From a virus (lineage: Duplodnaviria > Caudoviricetes), in the IMG/VR virus record IMGVR_UViG_3300044556_000077, positions 68,183 to 132,182 of that record: DNA of 64,000 bases; one strand, 5' to 3'. The notes beneath the pieces were generated by a model, which did no database searches, was not told the origin of the DNA, and saw only the letters and a program-made list of their open reading frames with translations. Within the stretch, counting starts at the first letter, position 1. The number at the start of each line of letters is the position of its first letter. Shown here piece by piece: positions 60,064 through 64,000 of this stretch. Both the position numbers and the translations under genes were made by a program.

Positions 60064-60273
60064 TTAGTCTTCAAATCTTGCACCAAACAAGAAGTGAGTG
60101 TGCGATGACGGCATACTCACTTTCTCAAATACTCGATCAGGGAGCGATGGATACATATTCTTACGCTCCCTAGCTGTCAGAAGTTCATGAGATATAGTTG
60201 TATATTCTGACTTATTATCATAGAGATCACCTGAACCTCTTCTTACTCTGTAGTACTTCATGATTGTCACCAC
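60064..60273 (-). CDS. Hypothetical phage protein
   Basis: ELLTARE...FLFGARF. Confidence 0.65.
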   Translation of the reverse strand: MVTIMKYYRVRRGSGDLYDNKSEYTTISHELLTARERKNMYPSLPDRVFEKVSMPSSHTHFLFGARFED

Positions 60274-60297
60274 CCTATTCTCTAAAACTATTTCAGA

Positions 60298-60564
60298 CTA
60301 CCATGCGTTTCTTCTGATGATTTCATTCGCATGAATTCTATGACCTTTTACGATAATATATGGATTATCATTCTTATTATCATAGTGCCACTTTACTTTG
60401 TGGCACTTCATTTTGTATCTATCATTCCATGCATTGCTTACGCAAATGCAGATATCAGAATCTGCATAATAGATATCAATTCCACCCCAACCACTATAAT
60501 AAGCTACAGGTTCTCCAATCTGTCTTACTGCATCTTTTGCAGTCATATATGCTACGTTGTTCAT
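60298..60564 (-). CDS. Hypothetical phage protein
   Basis: Preceded by the recurrent motif. Confidence 0.65.
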   Translation of the reverse strand: MNNVAYMTAKDAVRQIGEPVAYYSGWGGIDIYYADSDICICVSNAWNDRYKMKCHKVKWHYDNKNDNPYIIVKGHRIHANEIIRRNAW

Positions 60565-60642
60565 TATCGCTACCCCCTATTTTTGAAAACTATTCAGAAT
60601 GTATTGTTAGTACACTCTAAATTTATTGGACTATATTTTGAA

Positions 60643-61092
60643 TTAGCGGATGAAGTTTGGTGCTGTGGTATCTACAATACCAGTAATATCATCAATAAAA
60701 TTATCACACGGATTGTACACTGCATAGGTAACAACCCTCTTATTCTTGGAAACTTTTCTGGTATGGTATACCTGATACTGTTTCAGACATGTACCATAGT
60801 GATTACCGTTCGAGAAGCTTGTGATCTTTTCAATGTAGATCACACCCTTTCTGTGGGTGAGCTGTTTGGTAGTCAGATCTTTTGTATCTACTACACGCAC
60901 GATCTTGCATGGATACATACGATGAGCAAAGTTGATTGCAGTTTCCTGAGCTACTGCGTTCCGTGGGAAATATGACCCCCTATTTTCAGAAACTTTTGTG
61001 GATGCATGCACAGGGAATGCTGCACATGTGGCAAGTGTTGCGATAATTGTTGCGAATGCGATAACTTTCTTAATTGTATTTGCGAATTTCAT
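60643..61092 (-). CDS. Secreted hypothetical protein
   Basis: Signal peptide ending PVHA. Confidence 0.65.
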   Translation of the reverse strand: MKFANTIKKVIAFATIIATLATCAAFPVHASTKVSENRGSYFPRNAVAQETAINFAHRMYPCKIVRVVDTKDLTTKQLTHRKGVIYIEKITSFSNGNHYGTCLKQYQVYHTRKVSKNKRVVTYAVYNPCDNFIDDITGIVDTTAPNFIR

Positions 61093-61165
61093 CTGAGTGA
61101 CCCCCTACTTTCAAAAATTAATAGACGCAAGCATAGTACTTGCGCCTATTTTTTTATATGCTATG

Positions 61166-61363
61166 TTATACTATAATAGTTGGGAGCGTATTCAATTCCT
61201 TTGCTCCCTTAATGATCTTTTCTTTCTCTGATTCATCCATATCAGGATAATTCTCATTGAGATAATCCATCATCTGTTCATCAGGAATTTTCTCATAACT
61301 AATGTCTTCTGCTATCGCCTTGCTTTCTTTCTTCAACCTATCAAATACTTTTGTTTTGCTCAT
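61166..61363 (-). CDS. Hypothetical protein
   Basis: RBS AAGGAGG. Confidence 0.6.
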   Translation of the reverse strand: MSKTKVFDRLKKESKAIAEDISYEKIPDEQMMDYLNENYPDMDESEKEKIIKGAKELNTLPTIIV

Positions 61364-61375
61364 GTGGCAACCTCC

Positions 61376-61762
61376 TTAATCTGAATACTTATTAGCTTTC
61401 AGCCCCCTTTCAACCGTGTCATAGCGGTTCTTAAAGAGCCGTGTGACATAATAATATACTTTATCGGACTTCTTTTCAAGTCTAATTTCATCGATCTCCC
61501 TATATTCTTTCTCAGGAAGATAACAACCCTTATTTTCAAATCTGCACTGAACAAAGTGCGTATGGTCAACTCCCATATCCCTGAATCCCTCGAGGATATA
61601 AATTGTTCTTCCGTGTTTTGCCTTGCTCACAAGTTCCGTGAGATCAGAAATTGTCACGAGATCAAGCTCGATGTCTTTTGAATGTGCTTTGCATTTCTGA
61701 GCCTGAGATCTAAGATATTTGCAGAGATCTTCCTGTGTTGTGAATGTCAAGTTCTGTTTCAT
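61376..61762 (-). CDS. Hypothetical protein
   Basis: RBS AGAGGT. Confidence 0.65.
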   Translation of the reverse strand: MKQNLTFTTQEDLCKYLRSQAQKCKAHSKDIELDLVTISDLTELVSKAKHGRTIYILEGFRDMGVDHTHFVQCRFENKGCYLPEKEYREIDEIRLEKKSDKVYYYVTRLFKNRYDTVERGLKANKYSD

Positions 61763-61777
61763 AATTCTACCTCTCTA

Positions 61778-61975
61778 TTATTTATTTATTTTTCTATCAT
61801 CTTCATGGATGATAACAAGCAATCCAACCAGCATTCCAATAGGAGCAAGGATGCTCCCATTGAAGCTGATATAACCGAGATCCCTGTAGTCAGAGATCAG
61901 GAAAATCAGAGTGATAATTGTTATTCCAACCATTCCGATAAGGAATGTCAATTTATGTCTTTTAATCATAGTCAT
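61778..61975 (-). CDS. Small two-TM membrane protein
   Basis: Two hydrophobic segments. Confidence 0.6.
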   Translation of the reverse strand: MTMIKRHKLTFLIGMVGITIITLIFLISDYRDLGYISFNGSILAPIGMLVGLLVIIHEDDRKINK

Positions 61976-61999
61976 ACCACCTTTTTTTAAATACTTTTT

Positions 62000-62221
62000 T
62001 TAGAAAGCTGCTGTTCTGAGATCGTGGAGAACACGAGATACTTCATGCTCCGTCTCACATACAGAGACAGCTTTCAGTCCTTTTGTTCCGTAAAGCTCAC
62101 GAGCAAGTTTTCTATAATGGGAACGCATGCGCTTGTTCATTTTCTCATCGGAGTCTGTAGACACTGATGGTGAATTAGAAAATCTGCTCATGATAACAGG
62201 GGAAAACTCTTTTACTAACAT
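62000..62221 (-). CDS. Hypothetical protein; paralogue of 59815-60027
   Basis: LYGTKG...CETEHEVSRVLHDLR. Confidence 0.65.
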   Translation of the reverse strand: MLVKEFSPVIMSRFSNSPSVSTDSDEKMNKRMRSHYRKLARELYGTKGLKAVSVCETEHEVSRVLHDLRTAAF

Positions 62222-62242
62222 TTTTTTGTACTTCCTTTCTTT

Positions 62243-62280
62243 AAAAAAAAGAGCCTAGCTATTGTGTGTAGCTAGGCTCT
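62243..62280 (-). terminator. Rho-independent terminator
   Basis: agagcctagcta/tagctaggctct stem with T8 on the minus strand. Confidence 0.7.
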
Positions 62281-62311
62281 ATAAAGTGAAATATTTTTTT
62301 AGTGTTATAAT

Positions 62312-62731
62312 CTAACGGGATTCAATTTCGATTCCGAAATCATCATTCCCATAATAGAACCAATCAATAGAATAGTCTGAAGAGAACGCACCACAATTGT
62401 AAACTGTGGTTACTAATAAGCTTGTAATAACCAAGTACTTTATAGAACGCTTTGGCATACGCTTTACTGCATCACAGAATTCGTCCAAAAAATCCTGCTC
62501 GAATCCTTCCGAGCAATCATAGTTATATTTGCCATGTTCAGTGAGATACTCTTTACAGTACTTCTCTACTTTCCGTACTTCATCTGTAGGACAAAGCATA
62601 GAGCCAATCGTGATCCGTGTTGGGGATGATTCTAAGGAATCGATGTATCTATCAAGTGTAGAGATCCCATGAGAATCTCTTTCGATAATGTCAAAATAGT
62701 TATCTGTGTTGTTTGTTGTTATGTTAAGCAT
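62312..62731 (-). CDS. Hypothetical protein
   Basis: RBS AAAGGAG. Confidence 0.65.
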   Translation of the reverse strand: MLNITTNNTDNYFDIIERDSHGISTLDRYIDSLESSPTRITIGSMLCPTDEVRKVEKYCKEYLTEHGKYNYDCSEGFEQDFLDEFCDAVKRMPKRSIKYLVITSLLVTTVYNCGAFSSDYSIDWFYYGNDDFGIEIESR

Positions 62732-62749
62732 TGTTCTAGCTCCTTTCTA

Positions 62750-63160
62750 TTAGATATACTGCTGAATCTTTCTCTCATGTGGTGCGCAAGTCATAATTTC
62801 TTCATGGTCTGCTTTCTGCTCAATGTCAAGATGCAAACTGACATCAAACTTAGTTAAGTTGTTGAGATATAAATTGCATGTAAGCATCTCAGCAAGCTTG
62901 CGATAGATAAAACGCTGTGTTGTCTGCGTTTTGTACCAATGTCCAGTAGCAGCAGACTTCACCCAGATGTGATAATGGCACGTTTTGCCACAAATGAACG
63001 GCTTGAAATCAGCGAGTATGTATGTTACTGTCTCGCTTTTGCCGTTGCGATACGTGTACGTGTAACGCCCACACACTGCGCCCTTTGGTAACATGACTCC
63101 GAAGAAGTCATGTTTCATGCGTATGATTTGAAACTCGGTGTGCTTTTTCTTTCTACTCAT
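62750..63160 (-). CDS. Hypothetical basic protein
   Basis: Start refined to MSRKKKH with AGAAAGGAG RBS. Confidence 0.6.
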   Translation of the reverse strand: MSRKKKHTEFQIIRMKHDFFGVMLPKGAVCGRYTYTYRNGKSETVTYILADFKPFICGKTCHYHIWVKSAATGHWYKTQTTQRFIYRKLAEMLTCNLYLNNLTKFDVSLHLDIEQKADHEEIMTCAPHERKIQQYI

Positions 63161-63324
63161 AGTGTTTCTCCTTTCTAGGTTGCGTTTTTGGGTAGAGATA
63201 TTGCGCTGAATAAGGTGTGAATTTATACAGCGCAAGGAAGAATATTTTCTATTCTCTTTTGTGTGTTCTATTGGAACGCAGGACATACAAAACAAAATAG
63301 AATTGTCTGAATTTTGAAAGCAAT

Positions 63325-63450
63325 AAAAAAGACCGTACGCTTTTTGTGTGTACGGTCTTAAATACATTTTCTTTTTATTTTCTTTTTATTGCCTGCTTAT
63401 TTTTATACTGTTTTAGGCAATAAAAAAGACCGCCCTGCCGGGCGGTCTTG
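63325..63450 (-). terminator. Two tandem intrinsic terminators
   Basis: aagaccgtac...gtacggtctt and aagaccgccc...gggcggtctt, each preceded by gcaataaaaaa. Confidence 0.7.
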
Positions 63451-63457
63451 TATTTTT

Positions 63458-63922
63458 TTACAGTTTCATTAAGATTTTACCGTTCTTTTTCTTCTGCATG
63501 TTTGCCATTGTATACACTGTAGAAACCTCTTCACGGAAAATTGTATTCATGAATTCACGCTCTCTAATCAATGTGAAGCACGGTTTCCCATTCTTGTCTT
63601 TTTTTACGCCCTTATAGAAAATAGAATAGATACGAAAAACTGTATCATTTGTAACATGAAGCTTTAAGCCTGCAGGAACTTCAAAACGTTCCTTAATATC
63701 TAATTCTAACTCCGTTCTAAAAAGCTTTACAGTTTCTAAGTCTGCATCCGATAAATTTTGAATACCCTTATTTCCCCATACTACAGAAAACATATTTAAT
63801 CCGTGAACGTAAAGTTCATAGTTGCTGGAAATAGCGAACTTATAATCTTTAAATTTATTGGATTGTCCCCCTACTGTTAACCAGAACAGAGCCGATTTTT
63901 CAAGACTTGACAGTGTGTCCAC
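63458..63922 (-). CDS. Hypothetical protein (start uncertain)
   Basis: Long ORF ending at the terminators. Confidence 0.55.
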   Translation of the reverse strand: MDTLSSLEKSALFWLTVGGQSNKFKDYKFAISSNYELYVHGLNMFSVVWGNKGIQNLSDADLETVKLFRTELELDIKERFEVPAGLKLHVTNDTVFRIYSIFYKGVKKDKNGKPCFTLIREREFMNTIFREEVSTVYTMANMQKKKNGKILMKL

Positions 63923-64000
63923 ATTTTTAATTGTAATGTGCTCATTTTCCGCCCATAAGTTAAGGGCCTTAATTCTACTATCAAGAATCTTTATCTCATT

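Noticed and set aside
9689-62857. Plus-strand ORFs in the track across this span (e.g. 20411-20836, 24963-25613, 60331-60975)
   Set aside because: Antisense shadows of well-supported minus-strand genes; no RBS or recognisable motifs.

Overview
AT-rich, gene-dense segment of a large temperate siphophage with SPbeta-like organisation; a Clostridiales/Lachnospiraceae host is my inference. Left (+ strand, 1-6696): end of the tape-measure gene, a holin-like gene, Dit, and a 1441-aa Tal/tail-fibre protein with a C-terminal S74 chaperone. Next come a tyrosine integrase and an intact attP: a complete tRNA-Phe(GAA) flanked on both sides by AGAAGTAAAT arm repeats, so the phage appears to be in its excised form. 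Almost everything after 6956 is on the minus strand: many small accessory genes; an IStron (group I intron + IS605 tnpA/tnpB) inserted after TTGAT in a phage gene; dUTPase, dNMP kinase and a ThyX-like gene; recD2; dnaE split by two ORF-less group I introns; recJ, primase, DnaB, an AAA ATPase and an SSB-like gene; an SPbeta yopP/yopQ/yopR(mrpR)-like module; and an early/anti-defence region (ArdA, DarA_C-like) punctuated by a recurrent ~18-bp motif. Most notable is a stand-alone reverse transcriptase (54024-55370) that shows no canonical retron, DGR or group II intron context. It is followed by four homologous structured non-coding units (53871-54002, 51952-52158, 51783-51934, 51634-51740). Each has conserved flanks, a covarying closing stem next to a conserved AAG, and a different GC-rich hairpin. 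A 302-aa unknown protein sits among the units and an orphan HicA-like gene follows them. This is a candidate multi-template RT/ncRNA-array system.
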